A stretch of 64,000 nt of DNA from assembly GCF_006345805.1 (NCBI RefSeq), contig NC_043015.1, positions 20,336,001-20,400,000 of the forward strand, given 5' to 3'. The notes under the pieces were generated by a model that saw only the letters and a list, made by a program, of their open reading frames with translations, was not told the DNA's origin and made no database searches. Each line of letters starts with the position of its first letter. Positions within the stretch are counted from its first letter, which is position 1. The position numbers were made by a program, and so were the translations under genes. Positions 41,503 through 54,895 of the stretch are shown here, piece after piece. The stretch comes from Octopus sinensis (taxonomy: Eukaryota).

Positions 41503-41537
<35 letters not shown>

Positions 41538-41993
41538 GTTATTATTATTATTTGTGGTATTTCTTCCAGATTTTATGTTTTGTGTTCAAGTCCCGCCGAA
41601 GGAAACTTTGCTTGTCATCCTTCTGGGATCAATAAAATAAAAATAAAAAGGTATCAGTAAAATATCGAGGTCGATTTAATCGATTATTCCACTCCCTTAC
41701 CAAATATCTGCCACCTGTACCTATGTTAGAAAAACATTATTATTAATATCCATTTTCGCAATTTTTTCAAAAACAGGGTGCGAATTAATGGTTATTGCAA
41801 ATTGGCTGCAGTCGCTTCATTAAGTCTTTGATGTGATTTGGTGTGTTTCGGAGTGAGATACAAGGTTAAAGAGATGTTACAGCAATTTGCATCCTCTCCC
41901 CAGCCATCCTGACTCACACCCACTCATCCATCCACAATGATCAGCATCATCGTCATCATCAGTATCATCATCATGATCACTATCATCATCAGC

Positions 41994-42037
<44 letters not shown>

Positions 42038-42659
42038 CATCCACATTCACTCCTATTTCCGTTGCCAGTCACCTCCCACTCCTTACATACACTTACCCCT
42101 CACCCACCACGGTGTAACTCAATACCCAACCCCCTACCTTTGTCTTCAGAAGATTAACTCTGCGAAAATTAGACAGAAAAGTAATATTAATCTTTACCCC
42201 CGCCCCACCCCGCAGCCCAACCATTCCATTCATTCTTTCGCTGCTCTTACTTTCTTCCTCTTGTTGTTGCTGTTCTTTTCCCTTTCTCTCTCTCAATCTT
42301 TCTCTCTTTTGCTCTTTGTTCTTAATATTTGTTGTTTCATGTCTTGTGAAACAAACGCTTCCCCCACCCCACTATTCACCTCCCCCACCCCTCCAGCTCG
42401 GCAATCACAATCACAACAACAAAAATAAGAGCGACTACAGCAGTAACGACAATAAACAACAGCAACTGAGGCTGCATAAAGGTGCGGGAATAATAACAAT
42501 GATGAGGATGAAGCTGGTGTTGATGATGATGATGATGACGAAGAATAAGAATGCATGAGAAAGAAGAATTAAAGAAGTTTGGATGAAGAATAAACAAAGA
42601 TAAGAAATAATAATAATAATAATAATAATAATGATAATAATAATAATAATAATAATAAT

Positions 42660-43290
42660 TTCAAATTTTTTCCATAAGGGCAGCTTGAGGGAGGAAGGGG
42701 ATTAGTCGACTGTATCGATCCCATTGTTCAACTGATACTTATTTTATCGACCCCCCTAAAGAATAAAATGCAAAGTCGACTTCAGCGGAATTTGAACTCA
42801 GAACGTAGCGACGGGGGAAATACCTATTTTTTTACTACCCACAAGGGGCTAAACACAGACGAGACAAACAAGGATAGACAGATGGATTAATTCGATTATA
42901 TCGATCCCAGTCCGTAACTGGTACTTAATTTATTGACCCCGAAAGGATGAAAGGCAAAGTCGACCTCGGCGGAATTTGAACTCAGAACGTAACGGTAGAT
43001 GAAATACCACTAAGCATTTCGTCTACCATGTAACGGTTCTGCCAGCTTTCCGCCTTCATAATAGTAATAATCCTTTCTACTGGAAGCACAAGGCTTCAAA
43101 CTTAGGGGAAGAGATTAAGTCAATTACATCGAAACCAGTGTGGAACTGGTACTTAATTTAGCAACCCCGAAAGAAAGAAGGGCAACGTCGGCCTCGGCGG
43201 AATATGAACTCAGAACGTAAAAGCGGACGTAATGCCACTAAGCATTTTGCCTGGCATGCAAACGATTCTGCCAGCTCATTGCCTTCACAA
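42660..43290 (-). mobile_element. Tandem SINE family B copies
   Basis: Same core. Further copies at 43735-43935, 44160-44350, 54165-54295 and a degenerate one at 41560-41720. Confidence 0.75.
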
Positions 43291-43319
43291 CAACAACAAT
43301 AATAATAATAATAAGTAAC

Positions 43320-43562
43320 TTGATTGTGGAGTCTAAAAAACAAACAATTCCTATCATAGTAGCCGCATTAGGTATGATAAATAGTATTCAGACAAATACA
43401 TAACAAAAACATGAGGGACTAACAAGTATATATAACACATCCTACGTAAAACACTTTCAATACAGTAAAAATAAGAGCATCACAACAAACCACTGCACAC
43501 ACCCTAGGTACGCATAGCTGCGCTCGGTTGTGCAGTGAAAGCATGTAATAAAAGTAAGACTA

Positions 43563-43570
<8 letters not shown>
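43320..43570 (+). mobile_element. R4/Dong-like 3' end, third family
   Basis: TIPIIVAALGM...HILRKTLSIQ* then a 3' UTR and (AAT)n. A near-duplicate of the 3' end lies at 43940-44065. Confidence 0.6.
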
Positions 43571-43622
<52 letters not shown>

Positions 43623-44067
43623 CAGACGGGTAGTCATGATGGGTATATTGGGCTTCGTATATTTTACCCCAGTGTCACTTTGATGGCATGAACTGCTCTC
43701 TCACTCAATAATAATAATAATAATAATAATAATAATCCTTTCTTCTGGAGGCACAAGGGGAGGGGCTTGGTCGAATACATCGACCTCAGTGTTTCACTGG
43801 TACTTAATTCGTCGACCCCAAAAGGATGAAAGACTATGCTGACGTCAACAAAATTTGAACTCAGAATGTAAGGAAGCGGCAGATATGCCGTTAATCTTGT
43901 AGTCCGGCCTGCTTACGGTTTTGCCAGCTTATCGCAATAATAAGGCACTGCACACATCCTACGCAGAACACTTTCCATACAATAACCATCAGAGCATCAC
44001 AACAAATCACAGCACATACCCAAGGCACACAGAGCTGTGCTCGCTATAAAAATAAAACTACTGAATG

Positions 44068-44143
<76 letters not shown>

Positions 44144-44954
44144 TGATGATATGATGATTTCAAATTTTGGCAGAAGGCCAGCAATTTCAGGGAAGGGTGC
44201 AAATCGATTACATTCACCCCAGTACACAACTGGTTCTTATTTTATCGACCCCGAAATGATGAGAGGCAAAGTCCACCTCAGCGGAATTTGAAATCAGAAC
44301 GTGAAGTCAGAGGAAATGCAACTAAGCACTTTGCTTTGGATGCTAATGATTCTAAAGCTTTCTTTTATTAGCCATAAGAGCATAGATCAAGAATACGTGT
44401 ATGGCAACAAGTGCAATAGATTTACGCTACTAATGAGTTTGGGAAATGCATGAATATTACAATAAGCGAATTCTCAGCATTCTGTTAGAGAATTGGTAGC
44501 TGAAAAGCCTAATGAATCAAAGACAGACATTCAAAGTTAGCAACAATAACGTCATCATTTCCAACCACATCGACTATAAAATCGTTGTATTGAACTAACA
44601 ACAAAAAGCACAATGGACTCTTAGTAATAACCATAACAACAAGACAACAACAACGACAGTTTGTAATTCCCACAAAACACCAAAGGCAGGAACAATAACA
44701 ACAGCAACAAAAAAAAATGTGCACAAAAATAGCAGTTTGTGAGTGCAATAAATTGCAATAAAGAACGTGTAACAACAATAACAACAACATCAATGGCAGT
44801 TTGCGGAACTAAAACATTCTGACGGTAGAATAGCAACAACACGAATATCAAAAACAAAATCAACTAAAGCGGTCGCAACAACAGAGAAGAACAGCAGCAA
44901 CATCAACAAAGTGACAATGGTAACAACAAAAACAAACAAAAAAAAAGCGAAAAT

Positions 44955-45320
44955 ACGGTTGTGTAGTTAAGGTGCTCGCTTTGCAGCTACGAAGTTTCGG
45001 GTTCAGTCCCGCAGCACAGCACCTTGGGCAATTTGAAAAGTTATCTGCTTCTACAGTCTCTGGAGGAACAAGCAGTACCTTGTGAACGAATTTGGTAGAC
45101 GGAAACTGTGTGGATGCCCGTCATGTATATGTGTGTGTGTGTGTGTATGCCATCGGGTTTGTTCCCCGGACACAACTTGGCAATATGTGTATGTTTACGC
45201 TCTCGTAACTTTCTGGTTTGCTCTCATCTGCCGATCTGCTAAGTTACAGGGTCGTGAACAAATTAACGCTGGTTGTCAAGTGACGGTGGTGTGACAGACA
45301 AAAACACATCTCCACACACA
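44955..45320 (+). mobile_element. SINE family A with inverted internal segment
   Basis: Head gggttcagtcccgc; 45236-45320 is an inverted copy of the central part. Confidence 0.6.
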
Positions 45321-45800
45321 CACACACACACACACACACATAAATAAAGATAAGATCCAAAGATCAAAATGTAGGAAGTTGGTAAGCTTCGAGCAGTCCC
45401 TTGAAGGCATAGAAAAACATTCAGGAACAATAATGGCTTCTTGATGTAGAAAGTGGTAAATTTTTCCGATATTGAAGTTCGATAAGCTGAAAAAGGTTAT
45501 TTTATAGTTCACAGTAAGCAGCAGGGTTAGCTGTGTATGAGAATAAAAATCCAATATTAGGAAGTGGAATAAATAAAATCCAGGATACATATGCTTCATA
45601 GCTATGAAACATATGTAGTCTGTATTTTATCTACTCCATTCCCTAATACTGGATTATATATATATATATATATGAATGAACAGATATGATCAAGTAAAGT
45701 CAATTACCACACCAATGGTTGTTCCATGTTACTATCATTTAATCCCAGGCAGATCTTCCGCTAGCTGGTTATTGGTGCGGTGCTGCACCCTTTATATACA

Positions 45801-45875
<75 letters not shown>

Positions 45876-46094
45876 CTAGTAGGGGGACCGAACCCCTACT
45901 ATTCTCTCGCAGACAACAGGATCGCGAGACTGACTCAGTTTCGAGCTGGCAGGCCCATCTTCAGTCGGATTACCTGGTCACCAGACCGATAGCCAGGGTT
46001 CGCTCCAGCTAGCAATATATTGTAAACAAAGCAATCATTTACATTATTTACATTATTTACATTTGACGGATATTTGTCTTCATCCTGTTTATTG

Positions 46095-46143
46095 TTAATA
46101 GAACGTTTCGGCTGATATACCCTCCAGCGTTCATCAGGTGTCT
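46095..46143 (-). ncRNA. Hammerhead motif, same family, partly degraded
   Basis: GACAC-CTGATGA-ACGCTG..CAGCC-GAAACGTT within an inverted terminal-repeat pair at ~46045-46270. Confidence 0.55.
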
Positions 46144-46635
46144 AGGGGGAAATTTCGAACCTGGGGTTCTCATTCCTAAGGTATTTTTTCTTTTGTGTTA
46201 ACAACAATATGAGGAGAAATATCCGTCAAATGTAAATAATGTAAATAATTCCTCATCTCTTAAATATGAAAAGCGATCATTGTCCACTGATTTGCAACAA
46301 GTTAGTTGTAAAATCTGAAGAATAGATAGGAACACTCTTCTTGAGATTATATATGCTGTATATATGATTATCAAGTTATATAATGTCGACAAAATATATT
46401 CTTTTCCGTGCAGGAAATTGACAATCTCCCTCAAAATAGGAAATAACCTAGTGCTAACACATTCTTGGGAAACTTTAAGTAGGGATTCATCAATGTTTTT
46501 ATACTCCATACTCTCTCTATCTCTTTTTCTCTTCTTGTGCCGTATATATTGTCGTCGCCAATCCTGGACCTCCATACCAAAATCTGAAGTTTCATGAGTC
46601 TTCTTGGCAAAAAAAAAAAAAAAAATCTACAGCAA

Positions 46636-47010
46636 TGTGTGCTAAGAAGCTTACTTCCCAACCGCACGGTTCAAGGTTCAGTCTCACTGTGTGGCAACTT
46701 GGGCAAGTGTCTTCTACCATAGCTTTGGGTCGGTCAAGTCCTTGTGAGTGGATCTGGTGGCCGGAAACTGAAAGAAGCCCGTCGTGTATATGCATAAACC
46801 TGTGTGTGGGTGTTTTCCTGTATATGTTTCCCGCCACCACAGCTTGACAACCGGAGTTGGTGTGTTTACGTCTCCGTGTCTCAGTAGTTCGGCATAAAGA
46901 CCCATGGAATAAGTACCAGGCTTAAAATCGAGTACTCGTGTTGACTGTTTCGATAAGGAAAATTTCAAGGCCGTGCCACAACATGGCCGCAATCTAATGA
47001 CAAACAAACG
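46636..47010 (+). mobile_element. SINE family A, full length
   Basis: Matches 20998-21378 along its length. Confidence 0.75.
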
Positions 47011-47652
47011 ATAAACGAATGTTTTTCCGTTGCCTTCTCCTAGTTTATTAACAATTTACTTGTCTGCTGTTCTCTCGAGGCACAGGGCCCATCTAACTGC
47101 TAGGCAAGAGAACCATCTTCCGTAACATCAGGGCATATATATACATCATTAGGCCTGGGTGACACGTATTTGGGGCCAGCTATCCAGTCCTATACGTTTT
47201 AGTCATAAGACAATCTTCTGCTATTTGACTGATAAATGGGGTCTTCAACTGGTTCTACTATTACCCCGGGCCACAATGGACTTGGAGGTCGTGGTTGGAA
47301 AGGGAAAACGCTTCACACTTCCCCAAACTCTCGAAATTCAGGACCGAAGCATCACCATCAATTTAATGGTATCGAATGTGTTCTGAGTAAAACAATGAAG
47401 TTTCATGAAATTTCATATCTTGCCAACGGTTAAATTCCATATCACTGAAGCCGAAATATTCTAATGGCTTTAGATGTTGATAAACATTTCCCTAACACAC
47501 AGACACACAACTAGATACATTCTCCTTAATTACATTAATTATCATTTAACGCTGAAAGCCGCATCTATACCGAAAGTATTTCATGAAATCATTCTGTAAA
47601 GCTTGCACCACAAAATTATAAATTGCAAGTTTTACTGTGTAATTAAACTCAC

Positions 47653-47703
47653 ATGCATAGACAAGTGTGTCGTTGGCGTCGTTGCTGAATCGTGGAGTAG
47701 CAG
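47653..47703 (-). other. Candidate 51-nt cassette exon
   Basis: Branch-like CTTAC, long pyrimidine tract tatttctttttggcttttggtcttttAG, and donor CAT|GTGAGT. Length is a multiple of 3. Open as LLLHDSATTPTTHLSMH (phase 0) or ATPRFSNDANDTLVYA (phase 1). Confidence 0.4.
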
Positions 47704-48307
47704 CTAAAAGACCAAAAGCCAAAAAGAAATATAGTTGTAAGCGATCGACCATCGACCAATTACCGATATGTTGACGACATATATGTAGTTAATACAAGGT
47801 GTGATATGGAACAATTACTCACAAATGAAGTGTTAATATGAAAATTAATTTCTCTGATGTTAACGTCACTTCGTCACCATCGTTTATACGAAAGTCACAA
47901 ACAAATTTTTAGCACCATGAAAATAGCGACTGCCCTCTTAAAAAACAAGAAAAAGATGTCTATCGTAAAATCACTTATCGGAGAGAGAAGAAGAAAGACA
48001 AAGCGAGAGAGAAACATGTAATATTTTGTAAGCTTCAACGGCCGTAACGGTGGCTATAAATTTTTTTCCCCGAAACTTGAAGCAAATATCAGTCTATAAT
48101 AGTTTATAGCAATAAATTGTTAGATAACATCGTAGTATATATAAGTGAGGCAAATCCAGAAAACACCAATAAGTGGCCATAAATGCATACAGGAAACCAA
48201 TAACATCAGATTTCTCACACCAAACCCGACAAGCGACACATTGCATAAAATATAAAGCGAAAAAATACCAAGTTTTTTTTACCACCACCATCACAACCAC
48301 CACCACC

Positions 48308-48352
<45 letters not shown>

Positions 48353-48380
48353 GCTACTGCTGCTGCTGCTGCTGCTGCTG

Positions 48381-48423
<43 letters not shown>

Positions 48424-49094
48424 CACAATTACTGCAGTTTTTACTGTAACAATTCAATAGAAAACATGTTTCTTACTGATATCATAAGCAGAACATATTT
48501 TAATGACAGTGATAAATCTGGAGACATTTATATGCCATCCGATCTATAAACGAGAACAACTGTTGATTCCCCGTCCGTCTGGACGATCAGTATTCAGTTT
48601 TGATTGCCGAAACCGAATTTCAACTAGTAAAATTAATAAAATATACGTGTAAGCCACTCAGCTCACACATATCATAATAGTCCGGATCACTCAGCATGTC
48701 TCAACGTGAGAATAAAAAAAAAACTGGACTGTGTTACTATTACATATGAAAGCGCGTGGCCTGGTGGTTAGGGTATTACGCTCACGATAGCTAGATCGCG
48801 GGTTCGATTCCCGGTTCGGGCGGAGCGTTGTGTTCTTGAAGGAAACACTTCATTTTACGTTTCTCCTGTCCACTCAGCAACAAATGGGTCACCCTGTGAC
48901 GGAATAGTTCTACGATCAGGGGCAATATTGGTCTGTTCGCCTAGCCAGTAGGGTGGCGTCATTCGAAAGTTATAACTATGCAAAACGCATTGTGACCAGC
49001 GATGTATAACACCCGATAATCTGGTCGGTACCGTAATATATATACCTAAACTTGTGGTTATCATATCTAATAATATAATCTAATATTATAATAT

Positions 49095-49410
49095 GAAGGT
49101 GCGTAGCATAGTAGTTAGGGTATTCAGCTCGTAATCGTGAGATCGTGGATTCTCGGCGGCGAGGTCTGTCCTTGAGCAAGACACTTTATTTCATATTTCT
49201 CCAGTACACTCAAGTGGCAAAAATGAGTTGTACCTGTAATTCAAAGGGCCAGCTTTGTAACATTTTGCGTCACACTAAATCTCCCTGAGAAATATGTGAA
49301 GGGTACGCGTGTTTGTGGAGTTCTCAGCCACTTGCACGTTAATCTTATGAGTAGCCTGTTCTGTTGATCGGATCAACTGGAACCCTTGTCGTAAGCGACG
49401 GAGTGCCATT
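49095..49410 (+). mobile_element. SINE family C
   Basis: Reverse complement of 27858-28235, ending gacggagtgcca before (TA)n. Confidence 0.7.
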
Positions 49411-49614
49411 TATATATATATATATGTAAAACTATGATAATAACAGACTTATATTATACCTACGTACGTTTCACCCTGGCGCTTATTAGTATTCTCTGCA
49501 CTAGACGTCGGAAGTGCTATTGGATGCACAAGTCAAGTGCCTGATTATACTTTAAACTCATCACTAGCAGTAGTACATGAAAGTGTACACACAAGATCTA
49601 TCTATCTACCTATC

Positions 49615-49716
<102 letters not shown>

Positions 49717-50994
49717 TACATATATAGCGAAAGCAGAATAAAACAGGAGATATTTGTTAAAGCCTCTTTATTTTAACCTTTAGCACACTGCATTTTCCTT
49801 AGAATTGTTTCCCTTGCCACTGGCCTGTCACTACAGGGGAGATAACTTATACGGTGACATGTAGCACCAGTAGTATGCAAAAGGCGAATATCATGAATTA
49901 CGTAGCCTTGCATGCGTTTCACTAGTGAATTCTGGTACGTTATGCGATACGAAGTCGTTTGCTTAATTGCGTTGAATCGTCAAATCTTCAGAAGAATATT
50001 GTGTGCTTAAAAAAAAAAATCTCATCGGGCTATTTCATGGTTTACTACAACTACCAACCCTAATTCAAATTAATAGCGGACGAAAATTTCTCTTCGAACA
50101 ATGTCATACACTCTTAAAAGATTGTACTTATAATGCATAAATCGCTGCATATAAATATGCAGTATTATGCAATTTATACGATCGAAACACGTGTCGGACA
50201 ACTACTATGAATAAACTAACTGGAAATAAACATTAAGTTTGAATTTTCAAATTCTTCATTTTCGTTATTATCAATAGTGTACTTTACACTCTAACCAAGA
50301 ATTGAACTGTAACATCGGTTGAGAGCAAGTATTTTAATTATCGATTCCCAAAAGATCAAAGTTGAGATAGAACTCCGATGTATTCGAACTCAAGGCATAG
50401 AAAGGCCAAACACATTAGACAAACTATTTATTTATGCTCAAACGATTCTTCCAGTTCCCTAAGAACTACTGACACAGGAGATGAGCCAAATAGGTCGAGC
50501 AGGGAAATCGTTGAATGATACTGTTTGGTGTTAGTTGCATATAATTAAGTTATTCAGGGTAACCATATTTCACCACTGCCATCAAAATATAGTTACGTTC
50601 TGCCAGAAACAACAGCCAGATTTTTCTTATATCATACACATAACTTGTGTTCTTTATAAGGTGACTAGTTTGCAGTGTTAACATTGTCATTTTTTTCTAT
50701 TTCCAGGTGGATCTGATCACACACACACACACACACACACACACGTATCATAATTTATTACCTGCAAAGCAACATAAGAAACTCGAGGGCTATATAAGTC
50801 TTCGTATGAATGTATGTATATGTATGTGTGTGCACAGACACATACGGGTACACAAGCATTAAATGCACATATATATGGACATACACTGGTATAAACATAT
50901 ATAATCATACATAAATTGACCTCCTTCTCAATACATATATATATGTAGGATTATGGATGTGTGTGTGCGTGTGTGTGTGCATATATATATATAT

Positions 50995-51045
<51 letters not shown>

Positions 51046-52214
51046 CACGCACACGCACACACACATATATATAAAAATACATATATACACACTAACGTAT
51101 ATCTATACATACACACATATATATCATGGAATTAAGCATCAACATACACAGAAACACGCGCATACCTACCTCTCCCCTCTATTCACACACACACACACAC
51201 AATTACACATAAATCATTTAAACGCCGAGAGTTTGCTCCGATAGTATTTTCGTGAAGCATCCTCGATATATCGTGTAACAGTTCAGCTATATTAATGTCC
51301 TCTATGATTCATGGTAGGTCAACTCAGGGCCAGTTGCCATCAATTAGAATGCCTGACAGATAGCCCGGTTCACACGCACTTCATAGTAGCATTAATCTTT
51401 GGTATCGATATCGTTAAGATGCGGGACATTCTCCTGAAATCCTGTCCGCAAAATGCCGCCCTGAAAACTCGATTACGTTAACTTCCTGTTATATCATTAC
51501 ACGGAATTTTCGTATAATCGCCCAAACATTACTGACTACTTAAGTGCATTATATTTTCAATAGATTAAAATGCATTTAATTATTAATTAATGCAAAAATA
51601 AAATTAATTAATCACTAATTACGTTTTACATTTTTTTATTAAAATATATTTCTGATTTATCTCCCCTTACCTTCTGTTTAACCAGATTTTATCATTAAGC
51701 TAATGGCTTTATTCTCGTCAATATAGACGGAATTTTAACTAATTCAATTATCTTAATTCACTATATTAAGCATTAGCACTGACTTAGTAACATTGTTGCA
51801 TATAAACAAGGTTGGCTGAGAGTTCAGCGAGAAGATATTTATGTGTCTGGCGAATATATATATATGTATATATATAAATATATATATACACGTATGAATA
51901 TAAGTGTGTGTGTGTGTGTATGTATGCGCGTATAGTGTGTAAGGTGTGTGAGTGTTATCGTACGTCTTTGTGTGTTTATGTATGCTTGTTTATGTGCATA
52001 GAGAAGGGTTATATATTTTTGTATACACATACACGCACATACGTGTGTGTGTATTTCTATGCGGATATATATATATATATATGTATATATACACTAATAC
52101 AAATACATGCGCATATATATATGTAATATATACATTCTTATACATAATACATATATATAGCAACAAAGTTCATAGATGTACATCATACACACACGTTTAA
52201 TGCATATACACATG

Positions 52215-52302
<88 letters not shown>

Positions 52303-52749
52303 CATGCACCTATTTGTCTGTCTGCCTGTCTATGAATTTAAAAGCTTTTGTAAAGATTGCTTGATGCAGTAACAATAAAGAGAAAAATATATTTTATTAA
52401 AGAAATTGCTTTTGTTTAACAGAATGTCACTAACCTTTGTGGAAGGGTTTTGTACAGAGCATTCTGTGTGTAAGCGCATTTCAAGTTTATCCATAAAGAG
52501 GAAGTTGTATTGCGTTTTTTAACGGTATTAACTATTTCCAATATAGTACTGTATTGAAAATTGTTATAAATTATTCTTCCTTTCTCTTTCGTAGTTGATT
52601 GATTTCTTCTTATATTGTGCAAAAAGATTATATATATATATATATTATATATATATATATACACACATATATATATATATACATATATATATACATACAT
52701 ATATATTGCTGTATTTGGGTATGGTCATGTTGCTAGTTTAGCCAATGAA

Positions 52750-53400
52750 AATAAACACACTATATATTTGGTGTTCATTTGCTTCAGCTTTATATTATAT
52801 TAATTGTATTTTGGCCAGAGTTCTTTCGTCACACTTCTCTGACCTCATCAGTGGTCCTATGCTTTCTTCTTTCTTTTTTGTGTGTCTCTCCTTACTAACG
52901 ATACGCCATTTCGTATTCGTGTTGTATGTGTCTTTATTTGCGCCTACGTATATCCCTGTGTGTGTCTATGTCTGGTAAGTGTGTGCGGGGTGAATGTGCC
53001 TATATTTTCCGTATCTCCTGTTTGTTCACGTTCGTTTAATCTACTATTATCTATTTTATTCATTTGTTTTTATCGACTTACATTTTAATTTCTTTCTGTT
53101 TTTGTATTAATTTAATTTATTTTGTTTATATATATATATTTAACTCCATTTATTTATCTTTGTATTGTATTAGTTTCATATTATTATCTGTTTAGAGAAT
53201 CGTATTCTGTTATAGGGTGTGGTGTGTGGGGTGTGTTTGCTAGTGTTCCATTCTAGTTTTCTATTTAGGTTAGGTTTATCTTCTACTGTGTGTGTGGCTT
53301 CCGTAATTTGTCTAAGCGTTGCGTCTGTTCTTTGTGTGGACACATTAAAATCTTGTTCACACATAGAGCAGTCTTATCATTAATGGTGATAACTGATGAA
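52750..53400 (-). mobile_element. Penelope-like element 3' end: GIY-YIG C-terminus followed by a terminal repeat with a hammerhead motif
   Basis: RTDATLRQITEATHTVEDKPNLNRKLEWN resembles the E..I...P.LN end of Penelope GIY-YIG. A hammerhead-like motif lies downstream at 52813-52857. Confidence 0.65.
52813..52857 (-). ncRNA. Minimal type-I hammerhead ribozyme motif
   Basis: GGACCA-CTGATGA-G-GTCA(gagaagtg)TGAC-GAAA-GAA-CTC-TGGCC: stem I, core, stem II, GAAA and a CUC cleavage triplet. Confidence 0.65.
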
Positions 53401-53497
53401 GAGTTAGGGATCTTCGGTGTCTTTCTCCTGTCCAGTTGTACACTCAGTATACGCGTACTTTCTTTACGTGTCGTTTTTTATTTACAATACATTTTTC

Positions 53498-53608
<111 letters not shown>

Positions 53609-53967
53609 CAAATGGGTGTGTTATAACACTATTCCACATATACAAAAACACCCACACCAGCAACCCAACATGTCCCCATCATCAGCTGCTTCACGGATAT
53701 CATTAGGGTTTCGACCCCTCGGCAGTACCATAATTCGTTGTTAAATACACTTCATCTTCCCACTCATCTTTTACTAATGATTTTAGGAAGATATTGACTC
53801 TGCAGGGCTCGAACCACGCACTACCACTGGGGTTCCATATCAATTACATCAAACAGCATTTCCTTCCTCATTTCTTTGTCTACTTATAAGCGCAAGCAAC
53901 ATCCTCAAATATTAGTTCCAGCAAGCTCAGGAGCGGGGGCGAGACGATTACATCGACGCCACTGCTC

Positions 53968-54165
53968 AACTAGTACAATATTCCCTCGCCATATCGCGGT
54001 TCACTTACCGCGGTTTATTTTTTTAAGCTTACGGCAATTCCTCCGTGGCGTTGTTTTGCATTTATAATAAAATAAATATATACAAATTATAGAAATAATA
54101 ACAAAATATATCGCGAGGGTGGGGGAAGTTGGAAGTAATACTCGCGATACTCGGGGGATTACGGT
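53968..54165. mobile_element. Tigger/pogo-type MITE
   Basis: Imperfect TIRs attccctcgccatatcgcgg and cgcgatactcgggggattacgg-ta. Confidence 0.5.
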
Positions 54166-54474
54166 ACTTATTTTACCGACCTTGAAAGGATGAAAAGCAA
54201 AGTCGATCTCGGTGGAATTTGAACTCATAACGATGGACGAAATGCCGCTAAACGTTTGCCCGGTGTGCTTACAATTCTGCCAGCTCGCCGCCTTTCAATA
54301 ACCTCAAAGATTACAAACGTTTCATGGATGAATTTGCAAAGTCGTGACGCTCGCAGCGTAGGTTATTTTTTGTAACATACTCAGTTGTTGGACAGCACGG
54401 GTTCATTTAATACATAGGAAGGGAGAAGTATCTTTCTGAGTATGTTTATGAGTATATGTGTACCGTTTTATCCT

Positions 54475-54689
54475 CTATCTTTTACTTGTTTCTGGCAGTG
54501 AATGACGGCCATTCTGGGGCATCGTATTTAAGAGTTTAGGTTGAACAGATCAATCACGGGACTCATATTTTTAAAGTCTGGTTCTTATTCTATCAGTGTA
54601 TTTTGCCGCACCGCTATGTTGTAGTGTTGCAAAGAAACTAACAATAGTTAGGAGTCGACAGAGGGTTATATCTTCACACACACACACAT

Positions 54690-54758
<69 letters not shown>

Positions 54759-54895
54759 TTTCTACCAAATTCTCTTGTAAGGCATTGATCGGCCTAGGAT
54801 TATAGTAGACAACTTTTGCCCAAGGTGCCGCGAAGTGAATCACGTGGCTGCCAGACAAGCTTCTTAACAACACAGTGATGTCTGGAGTGGACTCC
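54475..54895 (-). mobile_element. SINE family A
   Basis: Reverse-complement tail, (CA)n and head. Confidence 0.65.

Noticed and set aside
45276-45599. 107-aa minus ORF with a good acceptor at ~45528
   Set aside because: No usable donor, no recognisable motif, and it ends in a (GT)n microsatellite.
48673-48705. 33-nt minus-strand exon candidate (MLSDPDYYDM)
   Set aside because: Rare GAG acceptor, ambiguous donor, and its phase 1 does not fit the phase-0 cadherin junction.
52423-52469. Plus-strand AG/GTAAG-bounded 47-nt segment (MSLTFVEGFCTEHSV); similar short ones near 19820 and 45510
   Set aside because: No supporting plus-strand gene; such short matches are expected by chance in 64 kb.
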